From a virus (Duplodnaviria > Caudoviricetes): a DNA stretch of 64,000 nt. Positions 46,701 through 56,700 of this stretch are shown in pieces. How positions within the stretch are numbered: position 1 is the stretch's first letter; each line of letters begins with the position of its first letter. The notes beneath the pieces were generated by a model. The model worked only from the letters and a program-made list of their open reading frames with translations. It had not been told where the DNA came from and ran no database searches. The position numbers were made by a program, and so were the translations under genes. The stretch is from IMG/VR virus record IMGVR_UViG_3300012979_000002, positions 32,001 through 96,000 of that record, one strand, 5' to 3'.

Positions 46701-46738
46701 AAAAAAGAGAAGGAATAAATCCTTCTCTTATTTTTTTT
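46699..46738. terminator. Bidirectional terminator at the convergence of the two arms
   Basis: A-run, AAGAGAAGGA-ATAAA-TCCTTCTCTT stem, T-run. Confidence 0.85.
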
Positions 46739-46768
46739 ATTTTTTGCTGGCGTGAAACGATTTTTTAC

Positions 46769-46804
46769 TTTTTTAATATAATTATATTAAAAAATATTTT
46801 TTAA
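46769..46804. repeat. Overlapping perfect AT-only palindromes
   Basis: TTTTTTAATATAATTATATTAAAAAA (46769-46794) and TTAAAAAATATTTTTTAA (46787-46804). Confidence 0.8.
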
Positions 46805-47052
46805 CGAAATACGCTAGTTAAAAATGCTTTTAATTTTGGTTTTTTATTTTTATAAATTTTATTTTTTTTAATTTCTATTGAATGGTTGCACTGAGGACAG
46901 TCCACGTATCTTAGATAAAAGAAATCTAGACATGTTGGGCGGTATACATCCTCACCTTCATATAGAAAGATACATCCACACTTACGGCACTTTTTAATAT
47001 ACCTGTGTGGAGCAGGAGGAAGTTTTTTTCCTTCCCTAATTATCTCCCGCAT
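46801..47052 (-). CDS. Small Zn-ribbon protein
   Basis: KCRKCGCIF...VDCPQCNH. Confidence 0.7.
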   Translation of the reverse strand: MREIIREGKKLPPAPHRYIKKCRKCGCIFLYEGEDVYRPTCLDFFYLRYVDCPQCNHSIEIKKNKIYKNKKPKLKAFLTSVFR

Positions 47053-47798
47053 CTTTTATCTCTCCATTGGTTGTAAACATCATAACGCTTAGCTAATGTT
47101 TTTTGCACTTCCAATGGTTGGTCTTTCATTAAGTTATCATAGAAACCACAATTAGTATATTCAGGACATCCTCCACATCTTACGCATTGAGGAACGCAAG
47201 CCCAGTAGATGTCTTCGTCATATTCTCTAATAGCCTCTAGCACAGCTGCCCAGTATTTACGAGTTGTAGGGTCTGCTGCTGTACACAATCTTTTTTCACT
47301 AATATTAATTAATGCTTGAATGTTAGCGTCCATTTCCATAGGTACCGGTGCCATTTGAGAACGCTCTTCTCTTTTTACACCTGTTCTATCTTCCCTAGAT
47401 GTACCGATGAATTTTTCACAACCTTCATGGTGTCTTACAAAGTGTGTAGAAATAGCGTAAGGAATTTCTTCCCACTTCCAACTTACTTCTCCTCTACGAA
47501 TAGGACTGTGTTGGCATAATAATAATTTTCTTTTCCATTCGTGAGATGGTTCTTTATCTCCAGCTTCTTTTGAAATTGTTGTCATACAGGCTGACTTGAT
47601 TTTTTTCCAGTTAATGTCAAAGTCAGTAATTCTTACTTTTATATTTTCCATTTTATTTGTCTCCTTTGTTGCTATATGTTTTGCTGAAAACCCAGTGTAG
47701 GTTTTCTCGTATGGTGCTAGCACAGTAGCGATATCAGTAAAGTCCTTCATAGTGGTGGTTACTGGCCCTTGCGGGGTGTATATCACTACCTCGTACAT
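47040..47798 (-). CDS. thyX: Flavin-dependent thymidylate synthase (ThyX-like); second in-frame start at 47651
   Basis: QHSPIR, STHFVRHH, TSREDR, NIQALINISEKRLC, VPQCVRCGGCPE..CG; lies in a nucleotide-metabolism cluster. Confidence 0.75.
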   Translation of the reverse strand: MYEVVIYTPQGPVTTTMKDFTDIATVLAPYEKTYTGFSAKHIATKETNKMENIKVRITDFDINWKKIKSACMTTISKEAGDKEPSHEWKRKLLLCQHSPIRRGEVSWKWEEIPYAISTHFVRHHEGCEKFIGTSREDRTGVKREERSQMAPVPMEMDANIQALINISEKRLCTAADPTTRKYWAAVLEAIREYDEDIYWACVPQCVRCGGCPEYTNCGFYDNLMKDQPLEVQKTLAKRYDVYNQWRDKRCGR

Positions 47799-48082
47799 TA
47801 TTCCGTTCCCTCTCTATCTTGACGCAATTCTATAACTGCTAGAATGGCATAGTTAGCCATGTCTAATAAAGTATCCTCTATTTTTTCATCGTTGACTAAG
47901 GCCGCTTGTTTTGATAAAGTTCTAGCCCTGTTCAATTTATCTTCTAATCTTACCAAGAATGATACCAAACCATATTTTTCATAAGTGTCGTGCACAGAGT
48001 CTCCATAGTCGGTATTCTTGGTAACATAAAGATTGTGTAGATAATCTATTAGTTCTTGGTGTAGCTGAAATTTATGTTCCAT
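47798..48082 (-). CDS. DUF1599 / nucleotide-modification-associated domain protein (start moved to 48082)
   Basis: KNTDYGDS...VRLEDKLNR...IEDTLLDMANYAIL; AGGAG RBS before ATG 48082. Confidence 0.8.
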   Translation of the reverse strand: MEHKFQLHQELIDYLHNLYVTKNTDYGDSVHDTYEKYGLVSFLVRLEDKLNRARTLSKQAALVNDEKIEDTLLDMANYAILAVIELRQDREGTE

Positions 48083-48083
48083 C

Positions 48084-48521
48084 TTACACTCCTGTGCTGC
48101 CGAATCCACCTTCGCCTCTATCGGTAACTTCTAATTCGTCTACTTCTACCATTTCGGCTGTGAAGTAAGGCATAAATACTAATTGAGCTATTCTATCTCC
48201 GTGGTTAATAACTCTAGCTTCTTGTGAGTCGTTATGAATGGCTACTATATACTCTCCAGTGTAGTCTTCGTCGCATACGCCAACGCAATTGGCTGGTCTT
48301 AAGCCTTGTTTTGTTGCCAATCCACTACGAGCAAAGATAGCTCCAAACATTCCTTCTGGTGGGCATACTGCTATCCCAGTTCCTACTTTAACAGTCTCTC
48401 CTGGTTGAATAGTAATTGGTTCGCTTATATAAGCATATAAGTCGTATCCTGCAGCTTTTTCGCTACCTAATTCTGGACAATGTGCGTCCTCGTGTAATTT
48501 CTTAACTCTAATCGTTTTCAT
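48084..48521 (-). CDS. dut: Trimeric dUTPase
   Basis: AAGYDL, ARSGLA, GVCDEDYTGE, GDRIAQLV, RGEGGFGSTG. Confidence 0.97.
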   Translation of the reverse strand: MKTIRVKKLHEDAHCPELGSEKAAGYDLYAYISEPITIQPGETVKVGTGIAVCPPEGMFGAIFARSGLATKQGLRPANCVGVCDEDYTGEYIVAIHNDSQEARVINHGDRIAQLVFMPYFTAEMVEVDELEVTDRGEGGFGSTGV

Positions 48522-48633
48522 TGATTGTTTCCTCCTGTTTTTCTATACATGATGGGCATAATACTTTCCCTTCGTGTCCTTTACAATAATCAAATTTGCC
48601 ACAACTGTCGCAAGCATCTTTATACTGTTTCAT
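48508..48633 (-). CDS. 41-aa Cys-rich (CxxC...CxxC) protein, below the ORF-track cut-off
   Basis: MKQYKDACDSCGKFDYCKGHEGKVLCPSCIEKQEETINEND*; TAATG overlap with the upstream gene; fills the gap between its neighbours. Confidence 0.7.
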   Translation of the reverse strand: MKQYKDACDSCGKFDYCKGHEGKVLCPSCIEKQEETINEND

Positions 48634-48875
48634 TAGTTCTCACCCATATAAAAGTCAATCCATCCGGCCTTAACTATTCTCACTTGGTTATTCATACAAT
48701 GAACGCAATTTTCATCGTACGCCTTACAATAATATTCTAATTTATTGTCAAGGCTCTTGTTTTTGTTTACAATGTATTCTACATCGTCTTGCCCTGGTAT
48801 TGTTACAGCCACATAGGCATCCAGGTTGCTCTCTTTCGCTTTAGCGAATATTTCTCTCAGTTTCTCTCTTGTCAT
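48633..48875 (-). CDS. Hypothetical phage protein
   Basis: AAGGAG RBS; EYIVN...KLEYYCKAYDE. Confidence 0.7.
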   Translation of the reverse strand: MTREKLREIFAKAKESNLDAYVAVTIPGQDDVEYIVNKNKSLDNKLEYYCKAYDENCVHCMNNQVRIVKAGWIDFYMGEN

Positions 48876-48887
48876 AGCATTTCTCCT

Positions 48888-49055
48888 TTACTTATTTCTA
48901 AACAGCAATGCTGTATATAACAAACTAGCTCCAACCCATTGCAAACTAGTAGGCCAATCGCCTTTGCTAATTAAGTTAATAATTAGACTACCTAAAGCTC
49001 CAGCTACCATCATGCCTGGGAACACTAGTTTTAATACATTAATTATGTTGTCCAT
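48888..49055 (-). CDS. 55-aa two-helix membrane protein, not in the ORF track
   Basis: AGGAGG RBS; MDNIINVLKLVFPGMMVAGALGSLIINLISKGDWPTSLQWVGASLLYTALLFRNK*. Confidence 0.7.
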   Translation of the reverse strand: MDNIINVLKLVFPGMMVAGALGSLIINLISKGDWPTSLQWVGASLLYTALLFRNK

Positions 49056-49540
49056 AATACAGTGCCTCCTGTTTTATTACTTTCTTGGACATCTATTATT
49101 CTTTGATTGGCTGACCCTCTAAAAGGCAAACTTATATCTCTTTGTTCTAAGATGAACGGTCCGTCTATCATAACATCAACATAATCTAACAACGGATGGC
49201 CAATGATGTTTTCATAAATGCACCCTGTGTAAAGCCATATTTTTACATCAGGTCTTATTTCTTTTACTTTTTCACACAAAGGTATTACAACTTGAGGGGA
49301 ATAAATTGGGTCTCCTCCAGATAGCGTTAGTCTAGTGGCGTATGGGGTATTTTGAAAATAAGTAATAATTTCATTATACACTTCTTCAGTATACTCCTTA
49401 CCCCCTGTCTTAGACCAAGTTTCTGGGTTTTGGCAACCCTTACAATGATGGGGGCAGTATTGAGTAAAGAATGTTAGCCCTACCCCCTTACCATTGTTAA
49501 AGTCGTCTTTAATTAGACCTGCGTAACGCACTATTCCCAA
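49043..49540 (-). CDS. nrdG: Anaerobic ribonucleotide reductase activase
   Basis: CPHHCKGCQNPETW, LTLSGGDP, DGPF, FRGSANQRII; adjacent to nrdD. Confidence 0.96.
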   Translation of the reverse strand: MGIVRYAGLIKDDFNNGKGVGLTFFTQYCPHHCKGCQNPETWSKTGGKEYTEEVYNEIITYFQNTPYATRLTLSGGDPIYSPQVVIPLCEKVKEIRPDVKIWLYTGCIYENIIGHPLLDYVDVMIDGPFILEQRDISLPFRGSANQRIIDVQESNKTGGTVLWTT

Positions 49541-51723
49541 TCCTTTAATTGTTTACTATGCTTGTAACGCATTTCTGTTTCTTGTTGTTTTCCTTTGTTG
49601 AAAGCAGTTTTATAATTACCAGTTAAGTATCCAGTAACTCTTCTTAGTTGTTGTATATTTTCACTATCACATTCAGGACAGTGGTCGTTAAATTCGTCAC
49701 AGTATCCACAATCTAAACAAGTATCGTTTGGCACATTGATAGCAAAATATGGTATGTCTTTATCCATAGCATAATTTACTAATGTTTCTAATGCCTCTAA
49801 GTTGTTTTTTGCTCCACTGTCTAATTCAACATAAGTAATACAACCAGCATTTGAGAAGCCAGATAGTTCAGCCTCAATGTCTATTTTTTCAAATGGCGAC
49901 ATTTTCTTCCATACTGGAACGTGGGTGCTGTTAGTAAAATATTCTTTGTCGCTAACATTTTGAATGTTGCCGTATTTTGCTCTGAACTTTTTCATAGCAG
50001 TGTGGCATAAATTTTCTGCTGGGGTGTAATATACACCAAAGTTTAGACTTAATTTTTGCTTAAACTCTTTGCAACGCACATTAAATAATTTCTCAATGCG
50101 TTTGGCTAATTCCATACCTTCTGGAGTAGTATGGTCTTTGCCTATTAATATTTGTAGGGTTTCTGCTAAACCTAGTTGACCTATTACTAGAGTTCCGTGT
50201 TTCATGGCACTCTCTACAGTTTTACCATCGAAGCCAGCCATTAAACCGTTTTCATACATAAATTTGGCTGATGAAATTGGTTGTTGGCAAATCCAACGAT
50301 AGCGCTCAACTAACATATCCCTTGCTTCGAGAATCTTCTGGTCTAATAAGTCCATAAACTTCTCTACATCTCTGTCAGCTTCCATAGCTAATGTAGGCAT
50401 AATAATAGTAACTGGAGCTATGTTACCTCTCCCATCTTTTAAGAAGCCTAGTCCATTAATGTCGAATCCATTATATGTTCTACATCCCATAGTGCTTACA
50501 TAAGTCTTAGGGTCGTTTTTGTCATACCCCTCATTAACGCTCCAATCTACATTGGCATAATTAGGGTATAGTCTTTGTGCTGTTGATTTCAATGCTAGTT
50601 GGTATAGGTCATAATTAGGTTCCCCTTCTTGACGGTTTACTCCTTTCATACATTGGAATATACCACAAGGGAAGATGGCAGTTTTATGCACTTTTCCTAC
50701 GCCTTTAATACAACCTTCTAATAATGCTTTAGTTACCATTCTACCTTCTGGTAAAGTACAGGTTCCATAATTGATAGAGGTAAAAGGTAATTGGTTTCCG
50801 CTACGGCTTTGTAATGTATTAAGATTATGATACATTCCTTCAACCGCTTGCATAAGTTCTTTTTCGGTCTTCGCTAGAGCGTAGCGATACGATTTTTCGT
50901 AAGCTCTGTATAACTCACTATCAATAGGTAAGGTGTCATCATAGCCTATTAGCTCTGCCTCGTCAATGTAAGTCATTCCATCTCTAAAATGTTTAAAGAA
51001 AGATTTTCTAACATAAGGCACCATAGTCCAGTCAATGTGGCTGGCACTCACTCCTCCGAATTGTTGTAGTGATTGTAATTGGAAAATCACTGCCACTAAT
51101 TGGAATGCTGTGTTGATAGAGTTTGCAGGTCTTACGTCTGTTTGTCTGGTATTAAAACCATTTGCTAACAAGTCATCAAATGGAATTGTTAAACAATTGT
51201 GCATACCCACTGCATAACTATCTAGGTCGTGGATGTACACTTCGTTGTTTAAGTGATTGTTTCTTGCCATATCACTAATTAAATAGTTTAAGGCATAATC
51301 TTTCATCAATTCGCTACGTGCTTCTCCCATACGACCACCAAACGAATGTTCGTCTAGGTTGGCGTTTTGGTTTTGCACATTAGTAGCCATTAACTTTTCT
51401 TCTATGTTTTTCATTAAGTCTGTATTGCGAGAACGCATTTTGCTTCTTTCATTCCTATATACTATATAAGCTCTCGCTACATCCTTACGGTCGGTATCCA
51501 TTAACAGGTTCTCCACTCTGTCTTGGATTTCCTCTACCGTTAGAGGTTTCTTTGAAGTTAGGGCTTCTTTTTCTATTTCATTCCCTATTCTTCTAATTTT
51601 TTTGACTCCAGCCTTAGTTAGGGTGCCGTCCACCGCTACGAAGGCTTTCTTAGCCGCTTCAATAATTTTTTGCTTGTTAAATTTCTCTTCGCGACCATCT
51701 CGTTTAATAATATAAGATGCCAT
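49531..51723 (-). CDS. nrdD: Class III ribonucleotide reductase with ATP cone (start moved to 51723)
   Basis: IIKRDGREEKFN ATP cone; YIHDLD, HNC, MGCRT, TPAENLC; C-terminal Zn site and RRVTGYL glycyl-radical motif; GGAGG RBS before ATG 51723. Confidence 0.98.
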   Translation of the reverse strand: MASYIIKRDGREEKFNKQKIIEAAKKAFVAVDGTLTKAGVKKIRRIGNEIEKEALTSKKPLTVEEIQDRVENLLMDTDRKDVARAYIVYRNERSKMRSRNTDLMKNIEEKLMATNVQNQNANLDEHSFGGRMGEARSELMKDYALNYLISDMARNNHLNNEVYIHDLDSYAVGMHNCLTIPFDDLLANGFNTRQTDVRPANSINTAFQLVAVIFQLQSLQQFGGVSASHIDWTMVPYVRKSFFKHFRDGMTYIDEAELIGYDDTLPIDSELYRAYEKSYRYALAKTEKELMQAVEGMYHNLNTLQSRSGNQLPFTSINYGTCTLPEGRMVTKALLEGCIKGVGKVHKTAIFPCGIFQCMKGVNRQEGEPNYDLYQLALKSTAQRLYPNYANVDWSVNEGYDKNDPKTYVSTMGCRTYNGFDINGLGFLKDGRGNIAPVTIIMPTLAMEADRDVEKFMDLLDQKILEARDMLVERYRWICQQPISSAKFMYENGLMAGFDGKTVESAMKHGTLVIGQLGLAETLQILIGKDHTTPEGMELAKRIEKLFNVRCKEFKQKLSLNFGVYYTPAENLCHTAMKKFRAKYGNIQNVSDKEYFTNSTHVPVWKKMSPFEKIDIEAELSGFSNAGCITYVELDSGAKNNLEALETLVNYAMDKDIPYFAINVPNDTCLDCGYCDEFNDHCPECDSENIQQLRRVTGYLTGNYKTAFNKGKQQETEMRYKHSKQLKDWE

Positions 51724-51724
51724 T

Positions 51725-52435
51725 TTACTGTTCCTCCTCTTGGGCGTTCTTGTTGTAGGCACAAATACCATAAAATCCTAAGAATATGGACTCGCTTTCG
51801 TCCTCAGGGATATCATCCTTGAAAATGTTTTTTGCTCGTGTTATAGCCGCCTGTTTCTGTTCTGCTCTTTTAGAGCCATAAATATGATTATATGCTCTCC
51901 ATTCGTCTGCCATAGCGGTGATTAAATCCACATCTAATTCTTGGATAATGGTATATCTCAATACGCCCTGTAACATTGCTAATTTTTTGAATAGCACGGG
52001 GTTCTGTTGATACTGTATATCTTCCAGTATTACACATTTAATATTATGTTCACTAATAATTCGTGCTACCTCTGCTTTTAATTCATGTACCCTAACAAAA
52101 AAATCTTTCTTCTTGTCTATGTTAAAACTTTTATGTCCTAGCAACTGTCCTTCCCTGTTAAATAGGGACATGCCTGTGGTGTATGTTGCGGCATCTAAAG
52201 CCAAGAAAAAGGGGGTTGTATCCTTAACATCTACGGCGTGTAGATGCTGGCATTCTAAACATTCAAAGTCAGTTTTAATTAAGTAATCTACACTACCGAT
52301 AATCTGATGTCTGTGGTTAACGCAGGCACAAATCATTTGGCTATCTTTGTTTTGGTAGTCTTCTATGTTAAGGATTTCAACCCCTAAATGTTGAGCCATT
52401 AATAATAAGTTATTCTGTTTCTGATTTAGGCTCAT
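51725..52435 (-). CDS. RuvC-like Holliday junction resolvase with an N-terminal Cys/His domain
   Basis: LALDAATYTTG, ILEDIQ, LAMLQGVL, EDESESIFLG; N-terminal CVNHRH...CLEC. Confidence 0.75.
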   Translation of the reverse strand: MSLNQKQNNLLLMAQHLGVEILNIEDYQNKDSQMICACVNHRHQIIGSVDYLIKTDFECLECQHLHAVDVKDTTPFFLALDAATYTTGMSLFNREGQLLGHKSFNIDKKKDFFVRVHELKAEVARIISEHNIKCVILEDIQYQQNPVLFKKLAMLQGVLRYTIIQELDVDLITAMADEWRAYNHIYGSKRAEQKQAAITRAKNIFKDDIPEDESESIFLGFYGICAYNKNAQEEEQ

Positions 52436-52634
52436 CTAATACTTCATCCATAGTTTGAGTATCGTTTTCTTCTTTTTCTTTCTTTTCTAAATAAGCAATG
52501 TATTTATCTAAATCGTCAGCATAGTCCGTTAATCTTTTGTTATGAACTGCGTTCGCTGCTAGAGTGTGTAACACTTCCTCCAAAAGCGTAACGGCTTCTG
52601 CTTTGGTCATAATATTTCCGTCTTTGTTCTTCAT
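52410..52634 (-). CDS. Hypothetical protein
   Basis: AGGAGG RBS; 74 aa helical; overlaps the upstream gene by ~95 nt. Confidence 0.6.
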   Translation of the reverse strand: MKNKDGNIMTKAEAVTLLEEVLHTLAANAVHNKRLTDYADDLDKYIAYLEKKEKEENDTQTMDEVLDEPKSETE

Positions 52635-53769
52635 AATTTGAATCTCCTCCTATAAAGACCCACTCCTCACAATCGAGGTTGGTCCTTATCCAATCTTCTA
52701 GTCTTACCATTAACGGTGTCATCCCATAGTTTTTAAAAATGTAATCATACCTATCCTCGCCTGTGTGAATAAGTTCTTTGGGCACCCCTAAGCGTAAATA
52801 GGAAATGTTAAATACATACTCGTAGTAAGACATATAATAAGGTTTTTCTATTAGGTAATTAAAAGCATACTGAGCAAGGTCAAACTCATTGGTAAGGAAA
52901 TGAAAATCACGCATAGGCATTAGGCGTAATTTGTATTGGGTTTTAAAGTTATAGTAATTCATCAGCAACAGAGTACGAAAGTACTGGTTTGCCGACAGGG
53001 TTTGTGATAATTCAACGAAGACAACTACACTTTTTTTACATTCTTTGCTTATAATCTTTTCTACAAGCCAACTAATAACCTCGTTAATCTCCGTTGCGTA
53101 TAAAGTTTTTCTCATTGAAGCATATTTTGATGAGTTTAACACCTGCTCTAATATATTAGTATCATTCAGCTGACTAATGTCAAGTGTCTGTGCAAACATA
53201 AATTTATGCCCCTTGTCTAAAAGTTGGTTGTAGTAATCCCACTTGTCCTTGTTATTCAGGATATCCAATGGATTGTCATAAATACAATGATACTTGGAAG
53301 TGGGAAAATCTTTTTTTAATTCTTCGTCCTCTATAACTTCATATAACCTTAGCGGTTTATATTTACTTTTAATTACCATCTTATCTATTTTCCATGCTAT
53401 CTTATGGCTAGGATGCTCCAAAGAGAACATCAGCATATTATTATAGCACGTAAAATCCGGTTCTAAAAATTGTGTTTCCCTCATAAAAGGGCGGGCTGGC
53501 TTTTGCATAAAGCCTGGGCCAAACTCCTCCACTGGGAGTTTATAATAGTTTTGTATCACGCTCGATGGGTGTGGTAGTCTGGTAGATTGTTTAAATACAT
53601 ATATTTTATCATACTGGGCTAGGTTGTTGTATGACAGCGATGATACCAGTCTGACGCTCACGTTTTTGTCGTTACGATAGTAAGCATACATAACACCTAA
53701 ATCATAGTTAGGCGTTTTATACCAACGCTGTCTTAATACATCATAATCTACTAAGCCGATTGCTATCAT
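52540..53769 (-). CDS. Degenerate radical-SAM-like protein lacking CxxxCxxC
   Basis: MIAIGLVDYD..PNYDL..YDKIYVFK..GPGF..EPDFTCY..YDN..FAQTLDI resembles a phage rSAM family as I recall it; no Cys triad. Confidence 0.5.
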   Translation of the reverse strand: MIAIGLVDYDVLRQRWYKTPNYDLGVMYAYYRNDKNVSVRLVSSLSYNNLAQYDKIYVFKQSTRLPHPSSVIQNYYKLPVEEFGPGFMQKPARPFMRETQFLEPDFTCYNNMLMFSLEHPSHKIAWKIDKMVIKSKYKPLRLYEVIEDEELKKDFPTSKYHCIYDNPLDILNNKDKWDYYNQLLDKGHKFMFAQTLDISQLNDTNILEQVLNSSKYASMRKTLYATEINEVISWLVEKIISKECKKSVVVFVELSQTLSANQYFRTLLLMNYYNFKTQYKLRLMPMRDFHFLTNEFDLAQYAFNYLIEKPYYMSYYEYVFNISYLRLGVPKELIHTGEDRYDYIFKNYGMTPLMVRLEDWIRTNLDCEEWVFIGGDSNYEEQRRKYYDQSRSRYAFGGSVTHSSSERSS

Positions 53770-56700
53770 TAGTCATCAGCTCTGTATCTAGTTATATTTA
53801 ACAATCCACAATCGTCTATGTCTAACACCCTATAGAACGGATATAAATCTTCGCTTTGTCTTCCTCTTGCCATAAATTGGTCACCACTCCTGTACCCGTT
53901 TACAATTAGACGAGTACCTCTTTTAAACCAAGACCTCTCGATTATTTCTTTCTTATTTGTTTCCTTGTTCAGTTGAGATAATTGCTTATCATATTTACTA
54001 TACTGTTCGGCTACACACTTAACATTTACCACTCCATGAGGAGTTAATAAGATAACGGTGTGTTTATAACTACTTTTATCCAGTACTGTGCCACAAATAG
54101 TTTTAAGAGCATAGATAGGAACCTTACGCCCCTTATACTCTTTCTGCTCTTTAGGGGTAGCAATTTCACTTTCCTTATAGAAATCTACAAAAGTAAATTC
54201 AGGATGATAGGTGTTAGCCAAATCGTGGTCGTGATAATAAAAACCTAATGTGTCCATTTCCCAAGTTGAGAGGCTACCCTTACAGTAGTTATGCCATACT
54301 TCGTCTATTTCTGCCTCATGTAGTTTGGCTATTAATTTCTCTTGGTTGCGGTTCATATAATCTTTTAACTCGGCCATGCGCTCTTTGTATAAAGTATCCC
54401 ACAACTTAATAGGAATGTAAGTTCCTTGTTTGTTGGTACTTAGATTGCTAACATCAAAATTCTTACTGAAATAATCATAAGCCCGGTCATCTAAATAGTA
54501 GTCTTCGCCCTTCTTATTTAGTTTTAAATACTTATTAAAATTAAACAAATACACGAATTTGGATTTGTTCTTCGGCAAGACATTATAATTAATTAACCCA
54601 TTTACATTTGCTAGAGTTAACTTATTTTTCGCTGGGATTAATGATGATATATACTCATACAATAATTCCTTACGGCTCTTGTTGCTTTCCAGCTTATCAA
54701 AACAACCAGCCTTAATTAAAGCTATCGCTTGTACTTTAGAGGCTCCCGTTTTTTCCAAAAAGTCTTGGAAGGAAGTATAAGGACGATTGGTAATAATTTT
54801 GTTTGTAATTTCATCACCTACATCACTAATACCTTTTAGTCCATAAATAATTGTATTGGTTTCTTGGTCCGGTGTAAAACCAAAACGAGCTTTATTTACA
54901 TCCGGCAGTTCTACATTAATGCCCTGTTTTTTAATTCTCCCTATGGCCGCACTTAACTTACCATAGTTTGTTATTCCACCACTCTCTTCGTCTGCCCCAC
55001 CACTGTTTACAGTTAAGCAGGCTGTTGCCCAGTATATCGGTGGAAATAATATATTTAGGTTCATTTCTTGTAAAGCTATCAATGAGTACGCCACCGTATG
55101 TGGAATACTAAATGAATAACCCAACTGTCTTTTGATTTGGACATCCCAAATATATTTTAATATATCTTTACTTACTCCATGCTCAGCTCCTGTATTAAAA
55201 TACTCTTCACGAGCAGAAGTAATTTCTTTCATTTTCTTCTTTGCTATAATCTTTCTAATTTTATTAGCGTGCGGTACATCATAATTAGTAAACTCAGGTA
55301 TCATAACCGCTAACATTGCGGACTCTTGACTTTCTAATACGCCCCCATAGTCTTTCATAAAGTTATATAAGATTTTCTTTTCAGTCTCAGTGGCATCTAA
55401 GTCGTAAATCTCTTTCTTAATTAACTCTGGATGTTGCTTGTATATAACATATTCCTCTGTTGGAGTCTTCTGTCCTTTTTCCGGTACCAATCTCATCAGC
55501 GAGTTAACCGCTGCCATTTGAGGAATACTCTCAGGTTTAACTAATGATAAACTCTGTTTACCAACTGTTGAGTCCATCTGGAATATATCTATAATCTCGT
55601 TACGCCATACTTTATGCCACATTTCTGGGTTGTCTCTTATCAACACATCGGGGTGTAAGTATTTATCATAAGTGGCTTTTAGATTACCTTGCCATTCAAT
55701 TAAATTATCTTCCAACAATAAATCTAATGTAGTGTGGATTTTATCTAATGCTTCAACTGATAAACAGTCCATTTTTAATCCACCCATATATTCTGTATCT
55801 CCTAAATCAAACTGAGTAACCTCAGTTCCGTTTGGAGCTTTCATCATTGCATTATAAGTATAAACTGGTACATTAAAAATTACATTACCACAGGCATGAA
55901 TACCTAATTGACATACTAGCCCTTCAATACCTTTTACTACATCCAAGTATCCTGGATACTTATTAAATTCGGCTATTAATTGACGGATAGGTTTTCTATC
56001 CTTTTCAGCATTCCCTTCTAAACAATCTTTCAGTGGCCACAAGAAACCTCTCTCTTGAGGTATCATAGTAGCTAGATACTGAGCGATGTCTACATCTATT
56101 CCTAAACCTCTTGCTGCAGTAAGTATTGCAGAACGAGTGCCCAAAGTCCCAAATGTACATACACATACGCTATCTCCACCATCGGCTTGAGCTGCTTCCT
56201 TAATCTTCTGTAGAACCACTGGTCTTCTACGACCTTCTGAGTCTACATCAATGTCGGGTAGCTCTATCTTGTTTCTTTCCAAGAAACGCCAATGTGGAAG
56301 ATAAATACCTTGTTCTAGTGGGTTCATTTGTGTTACACCAATTAAATAGTTAATTAACATAACCCCCGCAGAACCACGAGATATACCAACCAATGATTCT
56401 GCTTTATTCCACATAATTTGAATAATGTTACGAACCATCAGCAGATAAGAACTAATGGGTTGCCCTAGTCTTTCTGATACCAGCCAACATTCTGTCAGCT
56501 CCTGCTCCAATCGCTCTAGATACTGTTCCTTCTTGTCGGATTTTAATTTCATAGACGATAACTTCATTAAACCTAAATAGATTAGATAGTTGTCGTCCTC
56601 CGAAGCTGAGGACATATATTTATTAATGTATTCAAACTTAGGTCGTACCTTGATGCGACCAAAGACTACTTTCCACTCAGGATGATAGCGCCTATCATCA

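Noticed and set aside
47040-48521. DNA hypermodification system around DUF1599, dUTPase and ThyX
   Set aside because: No base-modifying transferase or kinase is recognisable here, and the genes fit ordinary dTTP supply.
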